Made by a program: the position numbers and the translations under genes. From positions 133,796,001-133,860,000 of the forward strand of contig OZ024741.1 in assembly GCA_964016885.1 (NCBI GenBank): DNA of 64,000 nucleotides, given 5' to 3'. Positions 28,036 through 45,746 of this stretch are shown here, piece after piece. The stretch is from Eledone cirrhosa (lineage: Eukaryota). A model generated the notes under the pieces. It searched no databases and was not told where the DNA came from. It saw only the letters and a program-made list of their open reading frames with translations. Positions within the stretch are counted from its first letter, which is position 1. Each line of letters starts with the position of its first letter.

Positions 28036-28057
28036 AATATATATATATACGAGATAT

Positions 28058-28112
<55 letters not shown>

Positions 28113-29343
28113 CACATATATATATACACACACACATATATATATATATATAGGTATATACAGTGGCGTAGCTAGGGTAAACGGCGCCCAGGGGCAAGCA
28201 TCAAAATATATTAATTTACTTGATTTATGATTTTCCAATTTTGATTTCTCATTATTCATTTGTTATTTGTTTTCTGTTTTCTTCACTTTATCACCTAACA
28301 TTTATATTTAAGTTGAGATTGGTTATAACACCCACACATTTTATTTGATTTTCCTATTTCGTTTTATTCTTTTACCATCTTGTTCCTCCTTCCAATCTAT
28401 CCAACATATTTCTGACCTTGAGATTGGTTATAGCACACACACACGTTTTATTTTATTTTATTTGAATCTTCATTTTATTTTTCACTTTTCATTTTCATTT
28501 TTCATTTTCCATATTCATTTTTCATTACTTTTTCATTACCTTTTCATTAATTTTTCATTTATTCTCTATTTATTATTTATTTTCTGTTTATTTCATTTTA
28601 TTGCCTTCTATTTCTTCATATACATGGCAGAAACCCCCCCCCCCCCACACACACACACACACCACCACCACCACCACGGGAGATGGTGGCAGGAGGGATG
28701 AAGAAACACACACACAGATACTTCTAAATTGTCAGCAGCAGCAAGAGATAAGCTGACCACAACACCAACAGCACTACCAAAATAAGGGTAGAGGTCAGAT
28801 GTACTTAACAATAGCAAACACAAACACTACAGGGAGCCTCACCCCAGAAAGAATTTCTATAGACTTTGGACTGAGGAATGCTCTCAAAACTAACCAATGG
28901 GAAGTTTGACCTTACAAATCTTTATAACATTGAGATGGGTATAACACACACACACATTTTATTCGATTATTTTATTTTATTTTGTTCCTTTACCATCTTA
29001 TTCCTTCTACCACTTTATCACTTTTTTTTTAGCTGACTCCAACAATAACACCACTACTAACACAAGCATAGAGGTCAGATGTACCTAACAATAACAAGAA
29101 CAACAACTACAGATTGGCTTGCCTCAGAACGAATTTCTATAGACTTTTGACTGAGGAATGTTCTAGCAACTGACCAATGAGAGGAGAAGAGGCCCTTTGA
29201 CGCTGAAATTCGTTTGTTTGAATTCATATGATTCCAGTTCCTCAGTGAAATAACAACCCAACCAGGAACTGGGCATATCAGGGTATTGACAAAGTTATAC
29301 ACCTCAACAACATGTGTACTCGTCTCTACCACACTAACTCGGT

Positions 29344-29396
29344 CTGCCTGAAGAGGTCACAGCCAAAGATGGCTGTCACCGAAATAATTATAGCAG
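29344..29396 (+). ncRNA. Type I hammerhead ribozyme, canonical core
   Basis: CTGC CTGAAGA GGTcACAGCCA-aaga-TGGCTGTcACC GAAA TAATTA TA GCAG; palindromic stem III ATAATTAT. The host repeat 29225-29455 recurs at 60630-60842. Confidence 0.88.
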
Positions 29397-29448
29397 TAAT
29401 AAACGAAGCCAAATTTTAAACATTTGACTTATTTATTTTATTTTATTT

Positions 29449-29525
<77 letters not shown>

Positions 29526-30175
29526 TCGTAGTCTGGTGTTCTTTAGTTCAATACTTCCGGGTAGTATTCAATGGCGATTCTCGAAACGTAACAGCCTCCT
29601 GTATTGAACTAAAGAACACCAGACTACGATCTCTAAATGGATTGTCAAACGCTCAATATCGAATTGTCGTGGATTATGTGAGGGGCATATAATCGAAAAA
29701 TACACTCCCCTGACCATGAAAATGTCGAAGTACATGAAATACTTGACATCCCTTCGCTGTGCATCTCCAATACTTTTAACACTTTTAATGCTTGCACTAT
29801 TTTTAATGCTTATAACATTTCTCCACACACAGACTATATCAATCATATAAAGAATTTGCCACCAGATCTACCAACCTAACACTCTTGTTTACCTACCTAA
29901 GTGCCTCTACCACACATATCTCTCTGCCACACTATATAAACAAGACGCACATGCGTGCCACACATATAACATTTGCACTATATAACCGCTTATCTTCATG
30001 TTGTATTTTAACCTGTATTTTTGATTTGATTGTACCTCTTAATATAAATGTAATCTCGAAGTGTGTACTGCCACTCTAAATTCTGTAATGAATGTTGACC
30101 CACAATGTTTGAATATGTATCGGTATGTCTCTCGGCTGAAAACGAGGTCATATAACTGTCCATGCATTAATAAAT

Positions 30176-30222
30176 TGCTCCGAAGAATCCAAACCTCGGT
30201 TTGGAGGAAACAGCTGTAAGCA
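30176..30222 (+). ncRNA. Type I hammerhead ribozyme, C4 variant
   Basis: TGCT CCGAAGA A TCCAAAC-ctcg-GTTTGGA G GAAA CAGCTG TA AGCA; palindromic stem III ACAGCTGT. Confidence 0.78.
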
Positions 30223-30423
30223 CAATAATGTTTTGAACAGTTCTTTGATTCTTATATTTCATATAACTGCTCTGTAAATCATCTGATGTTTTTACATTGA
30301 GCTACTTAACTTACTGGTAATAAGGTAGTAATACATTACTGCCTACCACTATTTAGGGTGTGTGTAAAATACTTATAACTGCATAAGGTTTTGTATTTAC
30401 ATAACCATAAATAGTATAACTAA

Positions 30424-30483
<60 letters not shown>

Positions 30484-30633
30484 GTTATTCCGGGTTGAAT
30501 CGGAGGTAACCACAGTAAGTAAGGTACTCAATACATAGCAGAGTATAACAGTTTTAATATAGATGAGATTCTACAGGACTAGAACTGTTTCATTCATGGA
30601 TTTTATCTATTACATTCACGTATTATATTTCGA

Positions 30634-30691
30634 ATACCTGATGATATCACCGGATTCATACGGAACCCGGTCATTGAAATGATCATAGTAT
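30634..30691 (+). ncRNA. Type I hammerhead ribozyme, canonical core
   Basis: ATAC CTGATGA T ATcACCGG...CCGGTcAT T GAAA TGATCA TA GTAT; palindromic stem III ATGATCAT; second copy at 54598. Confidence 0.85.
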
Positions 30692-30882
30692 AATAAACCT
30701 TTCAAGGATTTACACAAATCCAGCCTCCTGTTATTTCATTATAATATTTAACTCCGTAATAGCACCACCAACTACAAAAACAAAGACGGTTGAACTGCTT
30801 TACGTTGAGTACTCTCTATATTATTACATTACGATTGACCATACGGAATAGACCAGCTCTATCCAGTGGTGAACCTCAAACC

Positions 30883-31750
<868 letters not shown>

Positions 31751-31788
31751 TCTTAGATCCTTTGAAGTGAAAGGTACGAATTTTCCTG

Positions 31789-31867
31789 GATACCCGCAGA
31801 CGAGCACAAGAATTCTGACTTTCACTTAATAATTCTTGCGAAACAGATTTTCGTCTGTCCGGGTATC
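31789..31867 (+). ncRNA. Type I hammerhead ribozyme, A4 variant, all stems long
   Basis: GATACCCG CAGACGA G(ca)CAAGAATT...AATTCTTG C GAAA CAGA-ttttcg-TCTG TC CGGGTATC; 8-bp stem I; GUC triplet. Confidence 0.85.
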
Positions 31868-32153
31868 AAAGGGTATTGGCCGATATAGGTTTGTTATTTT
31901 TATTGATTTATTACTTTAAATCGAGACAGGCAAACCATATTGTTTTAAGTTAGTATTTTTTCAACCTAGCTAACTTGGTCATTTGCAATTGGAACACATG
32001 TATACTTATATCTGTGTTCATCCCTCTCATATATTCAATTATATTACACGGCTCGGAAAGATTCCCTTCTTTGAGCTATTTAATTGTAAAAGACTATTTA
32101 GAGTTTATAACTCAATATATGATATATACACACACACACACGCACACACACAC

Positions 32154-34166
<2,013 letters not shown>

Positions 34167-34290
34167 ATATATATATATAAACGTTTGGAGTTAGAAGGCC
34201 ATAACAATGCAGGTATGGATATAGAATATAAATACAAATGCAAAAGATATCACTGACAATTAGTCTTTTACCTTAAATTTATTTGAATAT

Positions 34291-34322
34291 CCTGATATTT
34301 CGAGATATCTCTTCTTCTGAGG
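34291..34322 (-). ncRNA. Minimal hammerhead motif, A4 variant
   Basis: Minus strand: CCT CAGAAGA A GAG-atat-CTC GAAA TA TC AGG. Confidence 0.65.
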
Positions 34323-34345
34323 GAAGTAAAGGGGTTAATCCAGTG

Positions 34346-34408
<63 letters not shown>

Positions 34409-34549
34409 AACTCATAATATTATAATATAAAATTAAATCAAATTGTTTAGAACTACAAATGAAGTCATTCTTTTCCCTTTTTTCAAATATACCTAACTGT
34501 ACCAAGGATATGCGCAATTATATATAAATGTGTGAAATCCTTGGTATAG

Positions 34550-34633
<84 letters not shown>

Positions 34634-35163
34634 GAATAAGTTAAGAATACAACAATATATACGGCCAAGGGTATTTAAAGCCCAATGCGACTTTACATTT
34701 CACAATTTGAAGACTAATAAACAGTTCAAATTTTAATCCAATGGTAATTTCCAATCACAATAGTGTTATAATTTCACTGAGCATATATATAAAACAAATA
34801 AATAAGTCATGGTTATTATTAAAACATTTAATTGACTTACGTACATTTCACTAGTCAGACAGGGAATGAAATACAGTTCATTCTTGAACGTCTAGATCAT
34901 TAAAGTCAAATAAAATAAACAATGAAATAATGATATACCTTAGATGTGTGAATATACCAGAAGAAAATGATAAAACATGTTTTTACTTCGTAAATGAAGT
35001 TGTAAATAAATCATGTTTCTGAAATACGTAAAAAAGAACGTTAAACTATGGAGGCATAAAAGGGTAATCAATTGCTATATATAATTTATGTTTAGTGACT
35101 TTAGATATTTCACAAACTAAAATATAACAAAGGAGATAACCTATACTAAATGTAGAGCTGGAA

Positions 35164-35368
<205 letters not shown>

Positions 35369-35392
35369 TTTTATTTTTTATTTTATAGAAGG

Positions 35393-35443
35393 AGCTTCTA
35401 CAGGACTAGTACTGTTTCATTCAGATGAAATCTTCAGGAAGCT
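35393..35443 (-). ncRNA. Type I hammerhead ribozyme in an insert of about 85 bp between (TA)n tracts
   Basis: Minus strand: AGCTTC CTGAAGA T TTC-atct-GAA T GAAA CAG-tactagtc-CTG TA GAAGCT. Confidence 0.85.
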
Positions 35444-35448
35444 GGGTG

Positions 35449-35497
<49 letters not shown>

Positions 35498-35700
35498 AAT
35501 TGTAGTACAGCATTAACGAAGCTTTAGGCTGCGGCTAAGCTAACGAATGCAAATTCGGAATGAAGCTTTAGCACTCGATGGAGAATAATACCCCAGAGTA
35601 ATAACAATACGTTTAGATAGCTTTGCAAATCAAATATAGCGATCGGCAGTCCAGCAACGAAAAAAACTGGACCATAGCAACGAAAAAGACTGGACTCAGG

Positions 35701-35750
<50 letters not shown>

Positions 35751-35756
<6 letters not shown>

Positions 35757-35846
35757 GAAAGTGAACAACACAAAATATAACTACTCCATTACCAAAGGTT
35801 TCTGGTAATGGAGTAGTTATATTTTGTGTTGTTCACTTTCTAATTA
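35751..35846. repeat. Perfect inverted repeat of about 44 bp (fold-back pLTR end)
   Basis: taattagaaagtgaacaacac...ccattacca / tggtaatgg...ctttctaatta. Confidence 0.85.
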
Positions 35847-35929
35847 AATAGTTCTGTTCTATACATAGATCATTCTTTTTTCCTTTGCTTTTTTTCCTAA
35901 TACACATACACACATATACATATATATAT

Positions 35930-36221
<292 letters not shown>

Positions 36222-36237
36222 TGTGTGTGTGTGTGTT

Positions 36238-36283
<46 letters not shown>

Positions 36284-36295
36284 TGTGTGTGTGTC

Positions 36296-36412
<117 letters not shown>

Positions 36413-36633
36413 CAATCGCCACCGACGAATGCGAGAAAGTTCTCCAAGAAAACGTTAACCAGGAATCTTTAAAAATCGCCCCACCGAAGTTGTCAAAGAA
36501 CTTACTAGATCTACAAAACCAAATTGTAAAATTATATTATAAAATTAAATTAAATTGTTTAGAACTACAAGTGAAGTCATTCTTTTCCTTTTTTTTAATA
36601 TACCTAACTGTACCAAGGATTTCACACATTTTG

Positions 36634-36716
<83 letters not shown>

Positions 36717-36717
<1 letters not shown>

Positions 36718-39085
36718 CAAATACCCTCAATGCCCATATGATGATGTGGACAAACATAATGCAGCCCAATAAAAGGACTGCCAACAATTTCCAGGCCTGG
36801 AACAATGACGTGCCAGCGTTGTATGGGCTTCGAAAAGACCATAAGACTAGCAGTGACCCAGTCACAGGACCACCAACACGGCCAGTCTGTGGAGCTAACA
36901 TTGCTAGTAACTACATACCTTCCTACTTCCTCTCCCTAATCATACGCCCCATCATTGAAATGTCCCCAGATATATGTGACAGCACGGAGGACCTCCTCAG
37001 CAGAATCAGCAAAAATAACCGATCTAGGGACCTAACAAACTGTATAATAAGTAGTATGGATGTTGTGTCCCTATATCCATCCATTGACGTGGATTTTGCT
37101 GTGGAGAAATACGTAGAAATGATCAGTGAGAGCAATGTTGAAGGATTGATACCAGTGAGCTGGGACTCCTACTTAAACTTACCTATAGTAATGATTATCT
37201 AGATACGTATGACCTTAGCAACCTCTGCCCTACAAGACCAGCAAGAGGCAGACCACCTACCATTACCTCAATGGCCAAGAAAACCCACACAGAAAGATGG
37301 AACGGGTGGACTAGAGCCATATGGACGCCCGAAAACCACGATGAACTAAAGAAAATGATTGCACATGCGGTGGGGCCAGTATAAAACTAACCCTTAAGGA
37401 ACATATGTTCAAATTTAATGGAAAAACATATGCCCAAGAGGAGGGAGCAGCCATTGGTGTTAGCATTGCAGGTGACATAGCTAACCTATTCATGGTATGG
37501 TGGGACAATAAACTTAAACTTAAACTTAAAGAACAATTAGAAGACAGCAACCTATTAACCCTGATAATGTACTCCCGCTACGTTGATGATATAAACATCG
37601 TAATAAAAACACCCCCACTAGAGAACAGTCAGGAATTAGAGAAAAACACCATGGAAAGCATCCAGCAAATAGCTAACTCCATCCACCAGAGTATTAGAGT
37701 TACTACAGACTACCCAAACAAACACCCCAACCATCGATTACCTGTACTAGACACAGAGCTCTGGTTAGAAACCATTAATAACAAAAAACAAATCCCCCAT
37801 TCCCATTATGCCAAACCCATGACTTCCAAACATCTGATCCACCGAAACTCAGCTGTTTCGGATCACACCAAAATCAACATACTGATTGCGGATTTGGTAC
37901 GGGTGATGAGAAACGTGTCCCGCATGTGCAACCCCAAATAACTAGAGAGACACATACAACACTTCATCCACCGTATGTAGTTCTCTGGTTACAATCAGAG
38001 AGATAAAATCAGAGTATATAGAGGAGCCAGAACCAAATGGGAAAAAATGGGAAATAATGATACAAATGGGACCTGCCCCTTGTATAGGAGCAAATTTTGG
38101 AATAGAATAGAAAGAACTAGGAATAAGGTTAATAGAATAAACTCATAGTATGATAGCAATAAATACCAGAGTGTAATGTTCATCAATACAACCCCTAGAG
38201 GTGAATTAGCTTACAAATTTAGAAGGGCCCTAGATAAACATAAACTTAATATTAAGATAGTAGAAAGACCAGGTACCTCCATAAAACCACTTATTAGCAA
38301 TACATACCCTTTTCAAAGACCTCCCTGTATAGATAAGAAATGCATAATCTGTAAACTAAGCCCCCATATTAACTGTAAAACTAGAAATGTAGTATATAGC
38401 ATAAGATGTACTGAAGGACAATGTAAAGATAAGAATATAGTGTACATAGGCGAGACAGCTCGTAGTATAGGAGGACGGTTAAATGAACACTGGCGAGAAC
38501 TTCAGGATAAAAAAGAATCATCAATACTCCACCAACATGCTAAAATAGAACATAAGGGTAAATTAGAGAACATAGAAATAAAAATAGAATCTACACACAG
38601 AAAAGACGCAATGTTTAGACAAATCACAGAGGCAATAAACATAAATGAACTCCAACCAAAATTAAAAAGAAAACATGAAAGGAATAGCAACATCACAACT
38701 TACAATTAAGGACAAAATGAAAACACACACACACATAGAACAAACAACCAACCAGTAACATGTAAATAAACAAATAAATAAACAAATAAAAACACACACA
38801 GACACCCGGATGTAGCACATGCGCAAACTAAGCACACAACACACACAAAAACAAGATAGCGTAGGACAGAACAAAGGAGAGGCATAAAACAAAGAAAAGA
38901 ATCCCCAGTCACTGAAGAGGTGACAGAATGTGTGACGAAAGAACTTTGACAATATATGAACAACCGTCCGGTTATGGAACCGGAATTTTATAAATTCTTA
39001 AATTTATAAATTCAATTTATAATAAATTGGAGTGAAAGCAACTGGTGCGTGTGTTTCTCATTGGCAACATGACCCTCCCAAAGTA

Positions 39086-39090
<5 letters not shown>
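36717..39090 (+). mobile_element. Penelope-like element family B, diverged 5'-truncated copy, hammerhead at 38907-38951
   Basis: ORF pieces 36555.., 37405.. and 38176.. are homologous to 14346-16330; multiple stops; (TA)n flanks; no inverted arm. Confidence 0.92.
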
Positions 39091-39145
<55 letters not shown>

Positions 39146-39207
39146 CATACATACATACATACATACATACATACATACATACATACATACATACATACAT
39201 ACATACA

Positions 39208-39924
39208 TTGTGGCTGCCAACTCGTTTTCGAGTACGGCCACTACTTTATATCCATGTAGGAGAACCCCTACCGATGCGCTGAACGCGTGTGACTTTTTAG
39301 TCCAGCCAGCGACTTGAAAACTCTGGTACCCCTACCGATGCGCTGAACGAGTGTGAATTTTAGTCCAGCCAACGACTTGAAAACTCTGGTACAAAGACTA
39401 CACTTGTGACAATTATTGACACATAGTGCTGGGCACATGGTACCATGTGACGACAAGTGCAGAGAGATCTCCAGATATAAAGCAATGCCTGTGCCGTGAA
39501 GCTTTTATAGTGAGCAAAGGCACTGCACAAAACCAGTCCCACTTTCTTAACCAAGATGATATTTACCAAGAAGAAGAACAAGTCAACATCATTGGATACC
39601 ATCAGGGTTGGAGGTGTTATATCAGAGTTTTCCTTCTCCTAGAATTCTGCCTTGACAAAGGCTAAGGAGTCATCTCTCCCGGTGATTTTGGATGGCCATT
39701 GACTCTTAAGAGCTCATTTGCCCTTTGACAGGTTTTGTTTTTAGTCCTGCAGGATGTCTAAATTCACCCTCTTCACCAAGAAACCTTGGTGGGGTTGCCA
39801 GTTTAGTCGCCAACGACCGGACCATAAGACAGTTTGTACTGGGATACATGTTACCAGAAGCACCAACTGGTGACCTGACATACATACATACATACATACA
39901 TACATACATACATACATACATACA

Positions 39925-39956
<32 letters not shown>

Positions 39957-40270
39957 CATACATGGTGGCTGCCAATTCGTTTTCGAGTACGGCCACTACT
40001 TTATATCTATGTAGGAGAACCCCTACCGATGCGCTGAACGAGTGTGACTTTTTAGTCCAGCCAGCGACTTGAAAACTCTGGTACAAACACTACACTTGTG
40101 ACAATTATTGACACATAGTGCTGGGCCCATGGTACCATGTGACGACAAGTGCAGAGAGATCTACAGATATAAAGCAATGCCTGTGCCGTGAAGCTTTTAT
40201 AGTGAGCAAAGGCACTGCACAAAGCCAGTCACACTCTCTTAACCAAGATGATATTTACCAAAAAGAAGAA
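39208..40270 (-). mobile_element. Two tandem RTE-derived non-autonomous elements (39208-39879; truncated 39962-40270) separated and flanked by (TACA)n
   Basis: The 3' end encodes a C2H2-like remnant [22 protein letters not shown]. Internal duplication of about 62 bp at 39264-39391. Third copy at 62766-63212. Confidence 0.7.
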
Positions 40271-40341
40271 TACATACATACATACATACATACATACATT
40301 CAAACATACATACATACATATATAAATATACTTATATATAT

Positions 40342-40374
<33 letters not shown>

Positions 40375-40784
40375 AGGACCTAAGGAGTAACATAGGGTAG
40401 ATTAAAGATTAGTAATAATCTAAAAGGGGTTATGAATTATGAATTATTTCAAATTGTTTAAAATATGAATATGGTATAAAAGATTGTATGATTGAAGGAG
40501 GATTGAACCATTTAATTTTTTCACATTTTTTCTTTTTGTTAAATAGTTGATTACGTAAAACTTCAACAGATAAGGTATTACAGGTAGTATATATTTGCAC
40601 ATTATAAGGAGTACCAATATTCGTACTACCAAAGTATCCTGAGCGATTTGCACTACGAGGAGACAGTGTGCGTTGCGTTTTTGCCGTTCATTTTGTGCCT
40701 GATGGTTAAAATATTAGGCATTACATTACAAGTATTATCAGGGAAGTATGCTTTATCTTGAAGTTCAATTTGGTTATAATTAAT

Positions 40785-40971
40785 TGTTTCTACTTTTGGC
40801 ACAAGGCCAGCAATTACCCAGTGTATTACTGGTACTTTATTTTATCGACCCCGTAAGGATGAAAGGCAAAGTTAACCTCGGCGAGATTTGAACTCAGAAT
40901 GGCAAGGGCCGTAACTCTATGCTGGAAAGCATGGCGTCCGACCCTCTACCGATACTGCCAATCCACCGCCC
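40785..40971 (-). mobile_element. Full-length tRNA-derived SINE with a 20-bp TSD
   Basis: TSD TCAATTTGGTTATAATTAAT at 40765-40784 and 40972-40991; A-box-like TGGCAGTATCGG; B box GAGTTCAAATC. Confidence 0.92.
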
Positions 40972-41363
40972 TCAATTTGGTTATAATTAATATCACCATT
41001 TTTACCAATACTCTCCTTATTATTATTTCTATTAGTCCGGACTAGTATTTCGTATCCTAGGTTTGTTGTAATTATTACTTTCCTTAACAGCCGTATTATT
41101 TAGACGAGGGTTAGTAATATTTTTGTAGGTAATGATAATATCGGCGACACTTTCAGTGAGATTGAAGTGTATTTATTTCCCCAGTATATCCTGCCTGATC
41201 TTGCAAGTACTTCGCTATGATATTGACCATTTCGGTAGAAAATTCCCTGGTTCACCGAGAGTCTAGATTTTTTTACTTGTATGTTATCAATAATAGACTA
41301 ATATAAAGAATTTAGGAAATTTGTGTATATAATAAAAAATACTAGCTATGTATTTAGTGTAAA

Positions 41364-42038
41364 CTAGCAGAATGGCCCGGTGTTTATCCCTCCTTTCTGA
41401 AACAGTACAGAGAAGTACGGAATTCCTCGGCCTCGGGATGGTGTCTACATTTTGTGCTTATAAAAAAAATTCGTCGTAGATTACCAGGGTTTTTTTTTAC
41501 CGTGCGAAGAAAATCAATACGTTATCGCAAAATAAATACTTTTGTTTATATTTTGTTATTGTGTATGCCAAAATATCTGTACACGAATATATAATTATAT
41601 ATATATATATATATATTAAAATAACAGATTAAAGTTTAAGCAAAAAATCGCTGCTTTCACTCTTAACAGGATCTTCTGAAACTAAAAAAATCAATCTGTG
41701 AACGCAGAAGTAAATATTTCGTAAAACGTTACACACAATATATATACACACACTATATATACATATATACACACACACATAGCGTCATAATGTCGTAATG
41801 TAGACAGCCAGACATACAGGCAGATATTATAAGGGTGCGACGTTATATCTATGTATCTATCTAAAAAGAAAGACTAAGAATTATAGAGATTGGGCATTGA
41901 ACATCTGAAATATGTTTTGCTCAAAACACTTACAGGACCATAAGTATTACATGTGTAAAGTTTGAAAACAATCGGTTGGGTGGTTCTCGAGGTTTAGGGA
42001 GTCAGACAGACAGACATTCTCTGTTTTAGATATAAAGA
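41364..42038 (-). mobile_element. Probable non-autonomous Helitron containing a family C pLTR fragment (41612-41732, hammerhead at 41633-41683)
   Basis: Minus strand starts A|TC near 42038 followed by (GTCT)n and ends CTAG|T at 41364. The internal segment matches 20745-20860. Confidence 0.6.
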
Positions 42039-42304
42039 TAATCTCCTTTGTACTGAAATAATTTAGTTAGTAAAATACCTAAATTAGTTAGTAAAATACC
42101 TAAAGTTATTGAACATGTATGTATATATGTATGAATGTATGTGTATATGTATGCATGCATCTTTGATTGTATGTATGTTTATATGTATGTATATTTGTAT
42201 GTATATATGTATGTATATATGTATGAATGGTAGTATGTGTATATGCGTGTTGTGCTTATGCATTTGTAACTAGAGGACACAAACATATATTCATGTATAA
42301 TAAA

Positions 42305-42420
42305 GACGTGTGGCTTAGTGGTTAGACGTGAGTTCACAATCGTAAGGTCATGGATTCGATTCCTGGTAGTGCGTTGAGTCCTTGAGCAAGACACTTTATT
42401 TCACACTGCTCCAGTTCAAG
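42305..42420 (+). mobile_element. tRNA-derived CORE-type SINE (related copies near 24505-24605 minus, 45110-45200 and 51838-51905)
   Basis: A box TGGCTTAGTGG, B-box-like GATTCGATTCC, then GTCCTTGAGCAAGACACTT. Confidence 0.65.
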
Positions 42421-43129
42421 CTGGCCAAATCCAGTTATACCAGTAATCGAAACGTATCTGTGGAATGCTCAGCCACCTGCACAAACAGTCTGTTCCGTTG
42501 TTCGAACAACTGTAACACCCGTGGTCGGAACCGGCGGACTTCCAGCATATACACATGTGTGCGTATGAGCATGTGTGTGTGTGTGTGCGAATGTGTGAGT
42601 GTGTTTGTGTTTTTGTGCGTTTGTATGTGTGTCTCTGTGTTTATGTGTGCATTCACATAGATATGTACTTATATTTATCTGTTTGGATCAGTGAATACGT
42701 ATATTAATGAATGGACGAAGTAGAATAAATAGAATGAAAGATTGAGAGAAGAAAATATGATGGCATGTGAGATCGATAGATGAATAGATGGATGGATGTA
42801 AGGTCAAGAGAGAAAATACGAAAGATAGCAATTTGTTCACGGAATATTTCATTATTATCAGATCGTGGTTGAAGTTGGAACATCAAACTTTTATATACAC
42901 ATAGAATAGCCCAAGAGATTAGCATGAGATTCCATTGACATAAAATTTTGTCGAATGAACAACTTAAGCTGTTTGGCATGGTAACTCAGTGGTAATCCCG
43001 TTCTCTATTTTACGAACAGGAATATATTATAGTTTAAGATGAGCTAAACTACTAAAACACAGTTTCACGATATTAATTATTTTTTCCTCCGCCTCCCACG
43101 TTTTTCAACACACAGACATACACAGGCAC

Positions 43130-43193
<64 letters not shown>

Positions 43194-44355
43194 AAAAAGT
43201 TCTATTTAAATTGTTGGGATACAACAAGCAAATATTTTTATAACTGATATAAAGCCCTCAACAAATAATTGGAGTAAAAATACGATATTAACAAATCGAA
43301 ACTATATTTATAAAACCATATTTATTTCATTATACATATTTCAAGGACACCAAGTTAAATTATGGTGTGCTTTCATCAGATAAAATATAATATAGACCAG
43401 TTTTATAAATAAATATTGACATACCCTTAAAGAATCCAACCATTACTGTTGGAAGCTCTCGGATAGTGAAGTTATATCTTTAATTATACTATTAGGTAAG
43501 TTAGTATTGGATATTTTTAAATAAGCCGTTGGGTTACGGAGAAAGAGAAAGAGAGAGAGAGGGCAGAACAACAGAGAGAAAAAACAGCAGAGAGAAAAAA
43601 GAGAGAGAGAGAGAGGAGAAAGAGACAGGAGAGAGAGCGAAAACTCTAAGTCATATCTTGTTGAGTTATCTTAACATTTGAGATGAAATGAATAAATAAA
43701 ATTAGAAATGTTAATAATCATGAATGAAAGATACATATATAATATGAGAAATTTAACCATTGTTTAAATATGATTAAATGTTTAGTTAATCAGTTAAAAT
43801 ATGGAGATCAATTTTTAATGTATTGATCTCAATATTTTAACTGATTAACTAAACATTTAATCATATTTAAACAATGGTTAAATTTCTCATATTATATATG
43901 TATCTTTCATTCATGATTATTTACATTTCTAATTTTATTTATTCAATTCATCTCAAATGTTAAGATAACTCAACAACCTATCACTTAGAGTTTTCGCTCT
44001 CTCTCCTGTCTCTTTCTCCTCTCTCTCTCTCTCTTTTTTCTCTCTGCTGTTTTTTCTCTCTGTTGTTCTGCCCTCTCTCTCTCTCTTTCTCTTTCTCCGT
44101 AACTCAACGGTTTATTTTAAAATATCCAATACTAACTTACCTAATAGTATAATTAAAGATATAACTCCACTATCCGGGAGCTTCCAACAGTAATGGTTGC
44201 ATTCTTTAAGGGTATGTCAATATTTATTTATAAAACTGCTCTATATTCTATTTTATCTGATGAAAGCACACCATAATTTAACTTGGTGTCCTTTAAATAT
44301 GTATAATGAAATAAATATGGTTTTATAAATATAGTTTCCATTTGTTAATATCGTA
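43194..44355. mobile_element. pLTR-only fold-back of a family D relative (arms about 530 bp)
   Basis: 43280-43812 is inverted at 43822-44355; homologous to 8470-9125 and 13265-13832; no ORF. Confidence 0.88.
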
Positions 44356-44358
44356 TAA

Positions 44359-44484
<126 letters not shown>

Positions 44485-44530
44485 GTGTGTGTGTGTGAGT
44501 GTGTGTGTGTATACATGTTTACATAAATAT

Positions 44531-45075
44531 CTTCTTCAATCACTTATTCCTGAGAGGGTCGTGGGAGCAGAGTCCTTAACAACGCCTCCCAGCGGGTCCT
44601 GTCAGAAGCAAACGTCTCCAACTGATCCGGCTGGATCCCCAAGCGAGACCAGCCAAGCTCATGGATGTTATCCAACCATCTTGCGTGGGATCTACCCCTG
44701 GGTCTCCTGCCGGTTGGTTTTGCCCGTAAAATCTGTTCAGCGATTCTTTTCTAAGACATTCTAACCACATGGCCATAGTATCGGAGCTGTGATCTCTCAA
44801 TTCGGAGAAGTAGCGGCTCTACCTGGAGTGACTCTCTGATATCTGAGCTACGTACTCTATTGAGTAACGTTACTCCAAAGACCCTTCTGAGGAACCCCAT
44901 TTCGGTTACTTGTATTCGCGATCGTATTCTTTCGGTCATTATCCAAGACCCATAACCATAGGTAAAGGTTGACACGAATACCGAATTGAAGATAGCAAGT
45001 TTGGCTTTTACACCGACTTCTCTTCTTCCGATTACCGAATGCTGCAGCTGGCGCATTAGTGCACCAGCTCTTACA
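44531..45075 (-). mobile_element. RTE-like LINE 3' fragment (second, rearranged fragment at 52144-52640 with GAA tail)
   Basis: RIRSRIQVTEMGFLRRVFGVTLLNRVRSSDIRESLQVEPLLLRIERSQLRYYGHVVRM. Confidence 0.8.
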
Positions 45076-45698
45076 ATTCTTTTAAAACTCCTTTAACCTA
45101 GCTTGTGAAGACGCGTAGCTTAGTGATTAGAGAATTGAATTCGAATCCCGGACCGGGTGATGCGTTATGACTTTGAGCAAGACACTATATTTCACATTGT
45201 TTTTTCTGCCAGGCGTTGTGACTAGTAGATAGTATCAGCAATGGGTAGATCAATGGAAACATTGCTTCCTTGGTCCGATTTGACGAGTTCCACCCCACAC
45301 AGTAAGTGAGTGAGGCTTGGGAACTTGTCAATCGATTCGATCGATTTTAACCTAGCTAAAACATATAAAATAGTATCGGATTCGATTAAATGTGATCAAA
45401 GACTGGCTGAATTGAAAATTACACTTGTCCATAGAACCTTCCCACTTGGTCTAATCAAAAGCCTTTATATATTTTTATGAAGCTGAAAAAATGAACAACT
45501 TAAATTGATTGAACGGAAAAAATATAAAAGTATTTATTCTGCCGGATTAAAGCAAAAAAAGAATGTTTAAATATACTTCTGTGCCATTTTAACTTTTTAC
45601 CTATAAACTTCGATATGTATGGAATTTTAACCACTCCCATATCTGTATATATACTGCACACACACACGCACACACATACACACACATATATCTATCTA

Positions 45699-45742
<44 letters not shown>

Positions 45743-45746
<4 letters not shown>

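Noticed and set aside
28300-29200. Short local duplications (ttgagattggttataacac three times; 28790-28900 versus 29070-29180)
   Set aside because: They are degenerate, with no termini, ORF or ribozyme core to support a specific call.
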